Below are positions 19,836-30,697 of a stretch of DNA of 64,000 bases, one piece after another (position 1 is the stretch's first letter; the number at the start of each line of letters is the position of its first letter). Origin of the DNA: Cyanobacteria bacterium P01_A01_bin.123 (lineage in GTDB: Bacteria > Cyanobacteriota > Cyanobacteriia > Phormidesmidales > Phormidesmidaceae). The DNA lies in NCBI GenBank assembly GCA_039815185.1, contig JBCBZT010000004.1:182022-246021 (forward strand), in the 5' to 3' direction. The notes beneath the pieces were generated by a model, which was not told the DNA's origin, searched no databases, and saw nothing but the letters and a program-made list of their open reading frames with translations. The position numbers and the translations under genes were made by a program.

Positions 19836-20882
19836 CTATTCATCGCACATCGCAGCCTCAACCAGACTTGGGACTTGCTCAATCTGCTCTCGATTAACCA
19901 TCAAATTTGTGACGGCTCTCAGAGAGTTGGGGCCAGTTGCTAAAACAGCCACACCCTTTTCTGAGAGCCGTTCTACCAGCATCTGCGCAGGCATCGTTGT
20001 CGTGTGAAACATGACGATGTTTGTTTGAACTGCATCGGGATTGATCTCAATCCCCTCTACTTGATGCAGTCCTTCGGCCAAAAGTTTGGCGTTGAGGTGA
20101 TCGTCTTTCAATCGCTCTCGATGATGTTTCAAGGCATACAATGCGCCTGCCGCCATCAGGCCGACTTGACGCATGGACCCCCCAAAGAGTTTGCGGAACC
20201 GGCGCGATCGCTCAATCAACGCTTTCGACCCGACTAACGCCGACCCAATCGGTGCCCCTAAGCCCTTAGAAAAACAAACACTGACTGAATCAAAAGCTTG
20301 GGCATAGTCTGCCTCAGCAATCCCTGTGGCAACACAGGCGTTCCAAAACCGCGCGCCATCGAGATGTAGTTGCAGACCTTGATTTTGACAAACTTCAGCG
20401 ATCGCCTGGATTTCAGCCAAGGGATAAATCTGGCCGCCGCCGCGATTATGGGTATTTTCTAGGCACACTAATTTAGTTCTAGGAAAGTGCACATCCATAG
20501 GACGCAACACCTTCATCAGGTCTGCTGCTGTGAAAATGCCATGGTTGCCTTGAACCAGTCGACACATGACCCCAGACAAAGCGGCAGGAGCACCGCCTTC
20601 GTAGTAGTAGATGTGAGCTTGTGATTCTAAAACAACTTCGTCTCCTGGCTCCGTATGAGTACGGAGAGCGACTTGATTCGTCATCGTGCCAGATGGCATA
20701 AAAACAGCCGCTTCCTTGCCAAGTAGCTCAGCCACATAGGCTTCCAGTGCATTAACGGTTGGGTCATCGCCAAACACATCATCGCCGACTTGAGCGTGGG
20801 CGATCGCCTCTCGCATTGCCGGTGTCGGTTGGGTCACTGTATCGCTTCTAAGGTCGATAAGCATGGTATTTGATGGGGACAC
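19836..20882 (-). CDS. ltaE: Low-specificity L-threonine aldolase
   Basis: IDLRSDTVTQPT, GDDVFGDDPT, PSGTMTN, LENTHN, HLDGAR, CFSKGLGAP. Confidence 0.95.
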   Translation of the reverse strand: MSPSNTMLIDLRSDTVTQPTPAMREAIAHAQVGDDVFGDDPTVNALEAYVAELLGKEAAVFMPSGTMTNQVALRTHTEPGDEVVLESQAHIYYYEGGAPAALSGVMCRLVQGNHGIFTAADLMKVLRPMDVHFPRTKLVCLENTHNRGGGQIYPLAEIQAIAEVCQNQGLQLHLDGARFWNACVATGIAEADYAQAFDSVSVCFSKGLGAPIGSALVGSKALIERSRRFRKLFGGSMRQVGLMAAGALYALKHHRERLKDDHLNAKLLAEGLHQVEGIEINPDAVQTNIVMFHTTTMPAQMLVERLSEKGVAVLATGPNSLRAVTNLMVNREQIEQVPSLVEAAMCDE

Positions 20883-21127
20883 TATTGCGCTTCCATTAAA
20901 ACAATCAAAGGCTACTACGCTTCAGACTAGATTTGTACAAAATATATCTTTCATGCGGTTGAGCATACTTAAATAACCAGAAATTTCTCTTCAAATCAAC
21001 ACAGATTCAACTCACAAATTATCACTTTTTATCACACCTCGTTAAACCCCAACATTTGGAAGAACTTAATTTTCAGTGATATGTTGTATATCTCGCATTT
21101 GATAAATTCTGAGTGAAGAGAGGCGAT

Positions 21128-21805
21128 ATGTTAGCTGAAACAGTATCCTCCAATATTAAATCTCAGTCTGATGCATTATTGAGAATTGTGATAGTAGAAG
21201 ATGATCCGGTAATGCAGTTGGGGTTAGAACAGTTTTTAGAAGATTACGAAAATTTCCAGGTGGTTGGCCGAGCAGAAGATGGCTACTCAGGAATTACGTT
21301 GGCGCTGGATTTAAGGCCTGATTTAGTGGTTATGGACATCGGCCTCCCCAAACTTGATGGGATTGCGGCTACCCAGCAAATTAAACAAAGAAGACCGGAC
21401 GTTCGAGTCGTCATGCTCACGTCTCATACCGCAGATGCTGAAATGATTGCGGCGCTGGCCAGCGGTGCTGATGCCTACTGCATCAAGGGCACCAGCCTTG
21501 AACAGTTGGCGGTTGCGATTAATTGTGCCCACAACGGCGCTACCTATTTGGATCCACAAATTGCCCGTCGTGTCATTGGACATCTGCAATACACTCATCC
21601 CACAACTCCTGCTATTGACCTGTCTAGTCGAGAGTTAGATGTGCTCAAACTGATTGTTGAAGGCAAAAGCAATCCTGAAATTTCTTCTGAACTTTTTCTG
21701 AGTATTAGTACGGTCAAGACCCATCTCCGCAGCATCATGAACAAGTTATCGGTCGATGATCGGGTTCAAGCCGCGGTTGCAGCGCTGCGCTCTGGTCTTG
21801 TCTAA
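21128..21805 (+). CDS. NarL/LuxR family response regulator
   Basis: REC domain (IVEDD, VMDIGLP.LDG, MLTSH, ADAYCIK) plus LuxR HTH (LSSRELDVLKL..EGKSNPEI...TVKTH). Confidence 0.95.
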   Translation: MLAETVSSNIKSQSDALLRIVIVEDDPVMQLGLEQFLEDYENFQVVGRAEDGYSGITLALDLRPDLVVMDIGLPKLDGIAATQQIKQRRPDVRVVMLTSHTADAEMIAALASGADAYCIKGTSLEQLAVAINCAHNGATYLDPQIARRVIGHLQYTHPTTPAIDLSSRELDVLKLIVEGKSNPEISSELFLSISTVKTHLRSIMNKLSVDDRVQAAVAALRSGLV

Positions 21806-22268
21806 TCAGACAGGCTAAAAAGCAGAAGCACTGGCAGTATTTGATACTCAGCTCCCCTCTGGGCGACGGCAACTTAGATCCCTTTTTCAGCAAGTGTTTG
21901 CATTTAAAGATCATTTTTTAGCCTAGTATAAAAACTATCGCTTGAGTCAACTACTCGATGCTGAACCTTGACTTCAACGCTACTGCATTAAACGGTTAGA
22001 TCGACTAATCTACCTCGATCAGAAAATATATAGCCTGTTAAAGAAGATTAAATCATCTGTAGTGTAGCCATTAACCTTAGCCATATTCAAATCCCTACTT
22101 TTCTCTTGTAGAGAGGTTAAAGTAGTTAGTCCCCCAGCGGACTATAGAACCCGATATCTCTACACTTTAAGGATTGATGAAGGTAACCGTGATAGGTTAA
22201 TAACTTGGAACTTCTAACCTATAAAGGAATTCGATGCCACCAGTAAAGTACTGGGGGAAACAAGAATC

Positions 22269-23333
22269 ATGCGTCGGACGGTATTATTTCTGTCAAGGTT
22301 TGTCCTCAGCCTTTGGGGTGTTCTGATAACTGGTTTACTAATTTTGCTGCTATCAAATGCACCGAACGTACCCGTAAGTGCGCCGTTTGCTGGTATATCG
22401 ATTAATGCTGAAGATGGCGCTAGTGTTTATTTACCCAATCGTATCTTTGCCTGTGCAGAAATAGGACAAGATTTTCAGTGTCAAACAAACCTTCAAGGTC
22501 AGTCGCTAGATCTCATTTTGAGAAAAGGAAGTCGCTATCCCTATGATCTCAGAAATTGCCGTGCTCAGTACAATGGCCGCCCAGTAGGCTGTCAAGAGAT
22601 AGGGATGACGTATGCCCCCAGCAGGTCAGACCTCTATGAAATTACAGATTTGCAGTTAAACCCTCAAGACTTGCAAGCCGTCCAACAACAATATAGGGGC
22701 CTTAATACCCTCAAACAGTTGGGAGAACGTCGCCTATTTCAGATCAGTGCTGGACTATCTCTAGCTGCAGGTATCAGCGCTGTTTTCTTCACATGGCTAC
22801 ATCCTGGCTTGCTTAGCAGAGCTTTTGTCAGCTTTGCTTCTGGTTTTGGCATTTATCACTTAGTTTGGCAGTTTTTGGGTCGAGTGCAATATGACGTAGT
22901 TACCCCCTATGGACTGACACCCGATGCCTGGGGTTGGGTTGTGAATGGTGGCGCGATCGCGGCGGGTATCGGCACAGCCATTGCGACGGCTATGTTACTG
23001 TGGCACAACTTGCGTGGCATCACTAAAGTTTTGTTCAGCCTAATCAGCAGCGTGGGTATTCTCAGTCTTTGTTGGTTTTCTTTCGACATACTTATTGGAT
23101 TTGGTCTCAGCCCAGTCAAAATCTTTTTGTCCCAATATATTGGGGCGTCAGGGTGGTTGTTCATCACCCTTGGAATTTCCATTGTCTGTGCCATCGCTGC
23201 TGCAGTTTGGCTGCGGTTACACACAGGTCAATCGATCCAACGATTCCTGAGTCTCGGCAGTGGGTGGGGTACGATCGCGATTGCGATGTATTCCTTTGTA
23301 TACCTACTTTTAGGGCTAGGCTATGCTGATTAA
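22269..23333 (+). CDS. Hypothetical multi-pass membrane protein
   Basis: 354-aa ORF with an N-terminal TM, a Cys-containing soluble segment and about 7 C-terminal TMs. Confidence 0.75.
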   Translation: MRRTVLFLSRFVLSLWGVLITGLLILLLSNAPNVPVSAPFAGISINAEDGASVYLPNRIFACAEIGQDFQCQTNLQGQSLDLILRKGSRYPYDLRNCRAQYNGRPVGCQEIGMTYAPSRSDLYEITDLQLNPQDLQAVQQQYRGLNTLKQLGERRLFQISAGLSLAAGISAVFFTWLHPGLLSRAFVSFASGFGIYHLVWQFLGRVQYDVVTPYGLTPDAWGWVVNGGAIAAGIGTAIATAMLLWHNLRGITKVLFSLISSVGILSLCWFSFDILIGFGLSPVKIFLSQYIGASGWLFITLGISIVCAIAAAVWLRLHTGQSIQRFLSLGSGWGTIAIAMYSFVYLLLGLGYAD

Positions 23334-23373
23334 ACAGAGGTCATTAGTCAGCAAATAGAGCTTTTCGACGCTG

Positions 23374-24678
23374 GTGACACAGCTCTTTGTCACGCATACA
23401 AATCTAATGTCTAGACGATCTAAAATTGGCCCAAAAAGCCTGATTATCACTGGATTAATCAGTCTCTCTTTGTGGATACTGCCTAGATTAGTCGTGCCTG
23501 CAACCTCAGCACAGTCTGCTCTATTTGATACGGTTTGGGAAACCGTCAACGACAACTTTTATGACACCAATTTCAACAGCGTAGACTGGGCAGCGCTAGG
23601 TGAGCAATATCAACCCCAAGTCGCACAAGCTCCGTCCAGTGAAGAAAAAGCCGCACTCATTAATGAGATGCTGGCCAAGCTACAAACCTCCCATACCCAC
23701 CTCTACACTGCCGATGAGCCTGCCTACTATCAGCTGCTCGGTATTTTCTATCCGCGTTTACCTGATCTTCAAGCTCAACTTCAAGCCACATTTCCAGACG
23801 GTAAGGTGGACTATGTGGGCATTGGTCTAGTTACCCACCATACAGAAGGCAAAACATTTGTCAAAGCTATCTTTGATGGTGGCCCGGCAGCGGCAGCGGG
23901 TCTGCAAGTGGGTGATCAAATTCTTAGTGTGGCAGGCCAGCCGTTGCAGCCGATTCAATCATTTTTGGACAAAGCCGACCAACCCATTACGATGCAGGTG
24001 CAACGGTCGGCGGATCCTGATAGTCAGCAAGAGATTACGGTCACACCCAAACAATATGACGGCATCACCATGTTTCTCGATGCGATGTCAGACAGCGTAG
24101 ACGTGATTGAAAGATCGGGTCGGCAGATTGGCTACATTCATATTTGGTCTTATGCAGGCGACCAGTATCAACAAAAGCTAGAAGAGGAGCTGATTTATGG
24201 TCGTTTGAAAGATGCCGACGCGTTAGTACTTGATCTGAGAGACGGTTGGGGTGGTGCCCCGCTGACAGCGCTTAATTTGTATACAGCGAGAGGCCCCAGT
24301 TTGACCCATATTAGGCGGGATGGGAGGGCTTCAACCTACCAGCCTCATTGGGACAAACCTGTAGTTATGCTGGTGAATGAAGGCAGCCGCAGCGCTAAAG
24401 AAATTTTGGCCTATGGCTTTCAACAGTACGATATTGGGCCAGTTGTAGGCAGTCCAACCCCTGGTGCGGTTGTTGCTGGGCGGGCTTTTCTGATGCCAGA
24501 TAATAGTCTGTTATATGTTGCCGTAGGGGATGTTTACTTGGATGAAACGGTTCGCTTGGAGGGGATGGGTGTGACACCCGATATCGTTGTACCTTTCCCG
24601 ATTGAGTATGCCCAAGGTGCAGATCCGCAAAAAGACCAGGCGATCGCGACAGCTTTAGACGCGATTAATGCGCAATGA
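23374..24678 (+). CDS. S41 family peptidase with PDZ domain
   Basis: SHTHLY, PDZ (GGPAAAAGLQVGD), VLDLRDGWGG, SRSAKE, LEGMGVTPD. Confidence 0.93.
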   Translation: MTQLFVTHTNLMSRRSKIGPKSLIITGLISLSLWILPRLVVPATSAQSALFDTVWETVNDNFYDTNFNSVDWAALGEQYQPQVAQAPSSEEKAALINEMLAKLQTSHTHLYTADEPAYYQLLGIFYPRLPDLQAQLQATFPDGKVDYVGIGLVTHHTEGKTFVKAIFDGGPAAAAGLQVGDQILSVAGQPLQPIQSFLDKADQPITMQVQRSADPDSQQEITVTPKQYDGITMFLDAMSDSVDVIERSGRQIGYIHIWSYAGDQYQQKLEEELIYGRLKDADALVLDLRDGWGGAPLTALNLYTARGPSLTHIRRDGRASTYQPHWDKPVVMLVNEGSRSAKEILAYGFQQYDIGPVVGSPTPGAVVAGRAFLMPDNSLLYVAVGDVYLDETVRLEGMGVTPDIVVPFPIEYAQGADPQKDQAIATALDAINAQ

Positions 24679-24715
24679 CGAGGTATCAGATCAACGCCCT
24701 GCCTTCGCCGACATT

Positions 24716-24820
24716 TATAGCGCTGGCCAGATTGCTTAATGCACCGAGTATCGCTGGAATACCTAGTCCACAAGCAATCTGGCTAGCAGCCGTGTCCTAA
24801 TCGGACTGGCGACTGCTATA
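24716..24820 (+). mobile_element. 105-bp MITE-like dispersed repeat, copy 2 (divergent 3' third)
   Basis: TATAGCGCTGGCCAGATTGCTTAATGCACCGAGTATCGC...AGTCCACAAGCAATCTGGCT shared with copy 1; ends GCTATA at the same length. Confidence 0.75.
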
Positions 24821-24891
24821 AGTCAGCGCTTACTTTTTACCCATCTGCTTTTGCAAGCCAAGCTGATCAAAGATCATGAACAATCAGCCGC

Positions 24892-26538
24892 CTAGATCAG
24901 AGAAGTTTCTTTGGGTTGCGAAGATCCTGCCAAAACCTCAGGTGATATGTCAAAGTCCTCAGCAACTAGCCGTGCTGTCATCTTGGCTGACATCATCACA
25001 CTGGGCGTTCCGGCCCCTGGCTGCGCCCCTGCACCCACCATATAGAGTCCGTTAATATCTTCGCTACGGTTGTGGGGACGGAAAAAGGCAGACTGCACCA
25101 ATCGGGGTTCGGGGCCGAAGGCATTACCCATGTGTGCATTGAGCGTATGTTCAAAGTAGTCAGGGGTAATGTAGCTCTGGTGAACGATGCGATCTTTAAG
25201 CCCCGGCAAATAGCCACGCTCATCCAGGAAGGTCAATACCGTATCAACTAACTTATCCCCAACTTGATCCCAGTCAATGCCAGAACCGTTATGGGGCACC
25301 GGCACTAGCGTATAGGCCGCGTGATGACCTTCCGGTGCCAGCGATGGGTCGGTAAGGGTGGGAATGTGCAGGTACTGAGAGAAGTCCTTTGCTAAGACTT
25401 TGCGACCAAAGATATCTTTAAGCAGCTCTTCGTAGCGTGGCCCCAGAATGATGGTGTGATGGCGCAGTTTGGCGTCTTCTTGGCCATCGGCTTTAAAGCC
25501 AAAGTAGATGACCAACAGTGACATCGACTGCCGCGTCACTTTGATCCGCAGATTGCTATTCCAGAAGCGGTATTTGGGTTCGATCAGCTTGCCATAGGTC
25601 GTTGCCCAATCACCGTTGGAGATCACTGCATCTGCTGTCATCACGGTGCCATCCGCCAGGGTAATGCCTTTAGCAACCTTCCTACCGTCTTCGCGCGCCA
25701 CGTTAATCTGACTGACTTCGGCGTCATAGCGCATCTGGCCACCCAGTTCCTCAAACTTTTTCACAAAGCCTGCCACCAGTGCCCCAGTGCCCCCCATGGC
25801 AAAGTGAATGCCCCAGGTTTTTTCAACAAAGTGAATCATGGCGTAGATGGCTGGTACCGATAGTGGGTTACCCCCAACCAACAGGGTTTCAAAGCTAAAT
25901 ACCTGCCGCAGCTTGTCGCTCTTGAAGTATTTACTGCTAAAGCTAAACAGAGTCCGCACGGCATCTAGGCTCATGAGGTCAGGGACAACCTTCAACATGG
26001 AACCCACATTGCCAAAATGGGTATAGCCTAACTCCAGAAAACCCCGCTCAAAGATATCTTTAGCATCTTGGTGAAAGCGCTCGTAGCCTTCTAAATCACC
26101 GGGTTCACCCAGTGCTTCAACCTGGTCGCGGGTGTGCACCGGATCACCGTCGTAATCAAAGAAAGTGCCGTCATCAAAATAGATGCGGTAAAAGGGCAAA
26201 ATCGGCACAATCTTGACATAGCGGCTGGTGTTGGGGCCACCTGAGACGCCGGATTTAATCCGCTTACTTTCGTCGACAATCTCTGATGGAAAGTCGGGTT
26301 CGGTCAGCGCGGCTTGGTCACGCTCTAAGGAAAAGAGTTCCTCAATAAAGTGGGGCACTGTAATCACGGTGGGGCCCATATCAAAAGTAAAGCCATCAAC
26401 CCTACGCACGTAGGCCCGCCCACCGGGAGCATCAAGCTTTTCGACAATGGTGGTATCAAAGCCCAAGCTCTGGAGACGGATGCCCATCGCCAACCCACCG
26501 ATGCCAGCTCCAATAACGATGACCTGCTTGCGCCCCAT
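24892..26538 (-). CDS. crtI: Bacterial-type phytoene desaturase (CrtI family)
   Basis: [17 protein letters not shown]...[47 protein letters not shown]...[19 protein letters not shown]. Confidence 0.85.
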   Translation of the reverse strand: MGRKQVIVIGAGIGGLAMGIRLQSLGFDTTIVEKLDAPGGRAYVRRVDGFTFDMGPTVITVPHFIEELFSLERDQAALTEPDFPSEIVDESKRIKSGVSGGPNTSRYVKIVPILPFYRIYFDDGTFFDYDGDPVHTRDQVEALGEPGDLEGYERFHQDAKDIFERGFLELGYTHFGNVGSMLKVVPDLMSLDAVRTLFSFSSKYFKSDKLRQVFSFETLLVGGNPLSVPAIYAMIHFVEKTWGIHFAMGGTGALVAGFVKKFEELGGQMRYDAEVSQINVAREDGRKVAKGITLADGTVMTADAVISNGDWATTYGKLIEPKYRFWNSNLRIKVTRQSMSLLVIYFGFKADGQEDAKLRHHTIILGPRYEELLKDIFGRKVLAKDFSQYLHIPTLTDPSLAPEGHHAAYTLVPVPHNGSGIDWDQVGDKLVDTVLTFLDERGYLPGLKDRIVHQSYITPDYFEHTLNAHMGNAFGPEPRLVQSAFFRPHNRSEDINGLYMVGAGAQPGAGTPSVMMSAKMTARLVAEDFDISPEVLAGSSQPKETSLI

Positions 26539-26679
26539 AGCCTACTCCCGTCGAGATTGTAACGAACACTTAATGTCTGAGTATTGTAACGCTGTGCGGG
26601 CTGTGTTTCAGCCAGTGCTTCAGGATTAGGGGTCGCTAAAATAGTCGATATGGCGTTGCTGTAAACCTTTGGGTCAACC

Positions 26680-27834
26680 ATGGGCGATACGTCTACGACT
26701 CGATTAATCTTTATGGACAACTTGCGAGTTTTTTTGACAATCCTCGTCGTTGCCCACCATGCTGCCCAGCCCTATGGCCCCACTGGTGGTGAATGGCCCA
26801 TCTTTAATCCAGAACGTGCGGCTATCCTGGGACCATTTTTTGCCGTCAATGCCGCCTTCTTTATGGGGCTGTTCTTTTTTATCTCAGGCTATTTTTTACC
26901 GGCTGCCTGCGATCGCCAAGGTGGCATGCGTTTGCTTCAAGAGCGGCTCCGGCGATTGGGGATTCCAGTGCTATTTTTTGCGCTGGTTATCTTTCCCCCG
27001 GTTCTATACCTATTGGCTAGTCCCCCGACCTCTTTCTTGACCTTCTTTATCCAGCGCTATGTCAAACAGCTTGAGATTGAAGTGGCCCATCTGTGGTTTT
27101 TGATGCATTTGTTGTGCTATATCGGGGTTTATGTCCTGTGGAGGTACTTCTTTCAGCGGCGGCGATGGTTAAAGATCGGTTCTGAGGGGCGATCGCATCT
27201 TTTTCAACCCCCCGGGCATGGCTTAATTTTTGCCTATCTGCTTGGTCTTGGGGGCATCACCTTTGGGGTGCGTATTCAGTATCCGATTGATCGCTGGGTT
27301 AATATGCTGGGCTTTTTACCAGCCGAAATTGCCCATTTTCCCCAATACGTGAGTCTTTTCATGCTCGGCATTATGACTTACCGTCAAAGCTGGCTGCGAC
27401 AAATGCCAACAAATCGAGGGATGGTTTGGTTAGGGATTGGCTGTAGTGCTGGACTATTGCGCTACCTCTACAGCTTAACGAGCACTAGACTTTCGCTGCC
27501 TGATATAATTGCAGCGGGTGGATTAGATTGGCGCGCTTTGATCTGGAGCTATTGGGAAGCCGCCATTTGTATTGGGCTTTGTATTGGGCTATTAACCCTA
27601 TTTCGCGAGCGAATTAATTTTCAAGGAAAACTGCTGCGGCTCTTGTCTGCCAATGCTTATGGGGTTTATCTGATTCACCTTCTAATGATTCTCTACATTC
27701 AATTCGTGATTGCTGATTTATCGATGGGCCCCTTAGTCAAATTTGGGTTGGCCATGGTCATGGGAACACCGCTTTGCTTTGCCCTAAGCGCTCTTCTGCG
27801 GAGGTTACCCTGTGTCAAATTTGTGATTTCGTAG
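26680..27834 (+). CDS. Acyltransferase family 3 (OpgC/MdoC-like)
   Basis: FMDNLRVFLTILVVAHH, FFMGLFFFISGYF, RLRRLGIP, HLWFL, YGVYLIH. Confidence 0.92.
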   Translation: MGDTSTTRLIFMDNLRVFLTILVVAHHAAQPYGPTGGEWPIFNPERAAILGPFFAVNAAFFMGLFFFISGYFLPAACDRQGGMRLLQERLRRLGIPVLFFALVIFPPVLYLLASPPTSFLTFFIQRYVKQLEIEVAHLWFLMHLLCYIGVYVLWRYFFQRRRWLKIGSEGRSHLFQPPGHGLIFAYLLGLGGITFGVRIQYPIDRWVNMLGFLPAEIAHFPQYVSLFMLGIMTYRQSWLRQMPTNRGMVWLGIGCSAGLLRYLYSLTSTRLSLPDIIAAGGLDWRALIWSYWEAAICIGLCIGLLTLFRERINFQGKLLRLLSANAYGVYLIHLLMILYIQFVIADLSMGPLVKFGLAMVMGTPLCFALSALLRRLPCVKFVIS

Positions 27835-27910
27835 GTGTTCTTCAAGAAGAATTGGGTTGGGTCAGTAGAATAGAACCGAGATCAGCAGCACTGAGTTGAC
27901 AGGGATAGCG

Positions 27911-28156
27911 ATGAGTCCAACAGTTGAGCGTGTTCGATGGACAGTTCGTGACCTTGAGATGTTGCCTTAAAGTGAAGGAACTCGCTATGAACTGATTGGT
28001 GGAGAGCTATTTGTGACCCGATCACCCCATCGGAAGCATCAGCAGGTAGCGGACAGCATTTATAGCGCTGTGGATGTCTGGTCAGAAGCGTCTGGCTTCG
28101 GAGAGGCAACTCCGGCTCCAGAAATGATTCCGTCGGAAGCAAACAATGCCAAGTGA
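27911..28156 (+). pseudogene. Uma2-family (PDDEXK) endonuclease pseudogene
   Basis: MSPTVERVRWTVRDLEMLP*SEGTRYELIGGELFVTRSPHRKHQQV...; in-frame TAA at 27968-27970; ends before the PD catalytic motif. Confidence 0.8.
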
Positions 28157-28168
28157 AGGCTTATTGGG

Positions 28169-28543
28169 ATGAGTAAATGTGTGCTGATCGTGGATGACGA
28201 AGCCGATGTGCGAGAGATTACTCAGCTCGGTTTAGAGATGGCAACCGATTGGCGGCTATTAACGGCTAGCTCTGGGGCCGAAGCGTTATCGATGGCGGCG
28301 GAGCACCAACCGGATATCATTTTGCTCGACATGATGATGCCTGATATGGATGGGCGAGATACGCTGAAAAAGCTTAAGGCGAATGACCGGACGCGATCGC
28401 TGCCGGTTATCTTAGTCACAGCCAAAGCCCAACCTTCGACGATGGAGAGCTTTGGGGACTTAGCTGTGGTGGCGATTTTGGCCAAACCTTTTCGTCCGTT
28501 GAAGCTAGCCGGAGAAATCAGCCGAATTATGGGTTGGATGTGA
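28169..28543 (+). CDS. Single-domain (CheY-like) response regulator
   Basis: LIVDDE, LLDMMMPDMDG, ILVTAK, KPF. Confidence 0.95.
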   Translation: MSKCVLIVDDEADVREITQLGLEMATDWRLLTASSGAEALSMAAEHQPDIILLDMMMPDMDGRDTLKKLKANDRTRSLPVILVTAKAQPSTMESFGDLAVVAILAKPFRPLKLAGEISRIMGWM

Positions 28544-28574
28544 CTCACCCAAAGCCTGATAAATGACCCGAGTA

Positions 28575-29750
28575 TCAGAAGAAAATGCCCAAAATGCTAA
28601 GGATACGACCTATGGGGCCAAGGGTGAGGTCGGCATTGTCTGAAAAAGTAGCGACTCCAGAACGCCGCACGAGCAGCACGTCGCCATCTTGCAAAATCGG
28701 ATTGCTCGTATCATCAATTCCTTGGGCTAAATCGATAGGAATGGTTTGCTTGTTGACTGTCCCATCAGGATTGAGGCGCACTAGTTCAATCGTATCAGTG
28801 GCAGCTCTCCGGTTAAACCCCCCTGCTGCCAGTAACCCTTGGTTAAGCGGGGTGTTGGGGGGGACTTGAATTGCGCCAGGAGCTTCTACTTCTCCGGACA
28901 CATAAATCTGGATGGTATCAGGTGCAAAGCTCACGGAACTGAGGCGGGTCAATTCTTCAGGGGTGAGGGCTTGGGCTGTGGGCACATGAACGGAATCGCC
29001 TCCCTGCAAAATCAAATCACTTTCAAGGGATCCGCTATCAACGAGATCCCATAGGTCAACTTCGATCACTTCTTCACGCCCGTTAGCCTGAGGCCGCCGA
29101 ATTTCAATCTGGCGCAAATCTGCTCGATCCGTAATGCCCCCCGCCAATTCGATGGCTTCGGTCAGGGTCAAGAAATTCAACGAATTGCGCTGATTACCCT
29201 GATCATTTTGATTATTTTGTGTGGTGAGGGCGTAAGCGCCAGGACGGTTAACTTCTCCGGCAATGCCGATGTTAACAGAGCGCAAGGCAACGGGCGACAC
29301 GGTAACGGCTGCCCGCCTTAAGTAGGGCGCGTAGGCAGCCGCGATCGCGCTTGCCGCTTGTTCAAAGGTCAACCCTTGCAAATCAACTCGCCCGGCTCGG
29401 GGTAGGTTAACGGCTCCATCAGAGAGCACTAAGGCTTCACCGCTATAGTCTTCGGCACCAAAGATATCGATCGCAATGCGATCGCCCGGCCCCAGCAAAT
29501 AACTGGCATCCCAAGATTGTTCTCCCAGAAAATTCGGGGCTTCAGCGTCATTTGTGTCGAGGGGAGACAATTGAGCGATCGCGGCTTCACCCATGCCAAG
29601 GCTCACCCATCCAAGCAGCACACTGCTCCCAAAGGCCCAGAGCCATCGACGGGATTGAAAAATTAGGATGAGGGGCATAGCTCGCGATCGCCTTGTGGAC
29701 TGAGTTGCACAGCCTACTTGCGTAGCTCTAGCCTTGTCAAATCTATGCAT
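28575..29750 (-). CDS. Polysaccharide export outer-membrane protein (Wza/KpsD-like, SLBB domains)
   Basis: YLLGPGD.I.I, DG.V.LP..G, GEVNRPG.Y, AGGI...AD, two SLBB repeats. Confidence 0.93.
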   Translation of the reverse strand: MHRFDKARATQVGCATQSTRRSRAMPLILIFQSRRWLWAFGSSVLLGWVSLGMGEAAIAQLSPLDTNDAEAPNFLGEQSWDASYLLGPGDRIAIDIFGAEDYSGEALVLSDGAVNLPRAGRVDLQGLTFEQAASAIAAAYAPYLRRAAVTVSPVALRSVNIGIAGEVNRPGAYALTTQNNQNDQGNQRNSLNFLTLTEAIELAGGITDRADLRQIEIRRPQANGREEVIEVDLWDLVDSGSLESDLILQGGDSVHVPTAQALTPEELTRLSSVSFAPDTIQIYVSGEVEAPGAIQVPPNTPLNQGLLAAGGFNRRAATDTIELVRLNPDGTVNKQTIPIDLAQGIDDTSNPILQDGDVLLVRRSGVATFSDNADLTLGPIGRILSILGIFF

Positions 29751-30697
29751 CGGCTCTCAAGGTTTAGCGGAAACTAAACAGTTATTTTTAATACAGTCTG
29801 CAATTTAAATGCTGGCTAACTGGACGTCATTCAAAACCTTGGGTTCCCATCCTATTAACCGGACACTCAACACCCCCAAAAAACTGGCAAGGTGTTCATT
29901 TACACTACTTTTTCTCACTGGGTTGGGACTTACTTAAAGTGGGAAATCATCTTTAGAATAGAAGGCGCTTAGAACAATATCTTTAGACCTCTAGAGGGGG
30001 CTTGGGAGTTTGACGCTCACCCTAGCTCAAAGCGATCTTGCTTGAATATAGGTATCTGTCACACCGTGGAAGGTATTACTTTAGGCCCAGTATTCAAAGG
30101 GTACTTATCCAAATCTTTAAGTTCCCCCACCCCAGAAAAGGCACATTGAGAATCTGTGGAACCCTGTTCAGCAACATATGTGAGGTAATTTGTGTGATCC
30201 ACAGATAAATGCCACTTTTAGATGATTTTACGGGAACTTTACAATTCTACTCACTTCATTAGGGTTAACCAGACGCGCTTAACGGGTGAATAATGACTAA
30301 TTTGTTCATTTGGACATATTAAGTGTATTAGGCGGCTGGGTTGATTGAACTGAGCTGAACCCTGTTTCTGGGTTCGAATGTCAGCGACAACATGTTGTTT
30401 TCTAGGTAGTCAAAAGTATTGTTTAAACCGCATCCGATTTGAAAACTTGAGTTTTAGCTGAGGAAAAAATCTATGAATTTGGATGGGAAGGGGGTTTGAA
30501 CAAACCGAACTTTGAATATCTACTGGCTGAAGAGAGTTATCTTAGGATGCAAGGGATACATGACTAAGTTCACGATATTGGTTAGTAGTAGACCGATGTG
30601 CAATTGGAAGACCGATGTTACGGGGCGACTTCGCAAGGCAGTTCTGCAGTCGCGGTTCGTTGTTCGATCTCTCACCCATTGATTGGCGCTAAACGCT

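Noticed and set aside
26550..26595. ATTGTAACG direct repeat upstream of crtI as a CarH/LitR or NtcA operator
   Set aside because: The 27-bp spacing and the sequence fit neither the 11-bp CarH repeats nor GTA-N8-TAC; support is too weak.
28057..28070. CATTTATAGCGCTG matching the left end and flank of repeat copy 2
   Set aside because: Only 14 bp, inside the Uma2 reading frame, with no internal inverted repeat or right end; probably chance.
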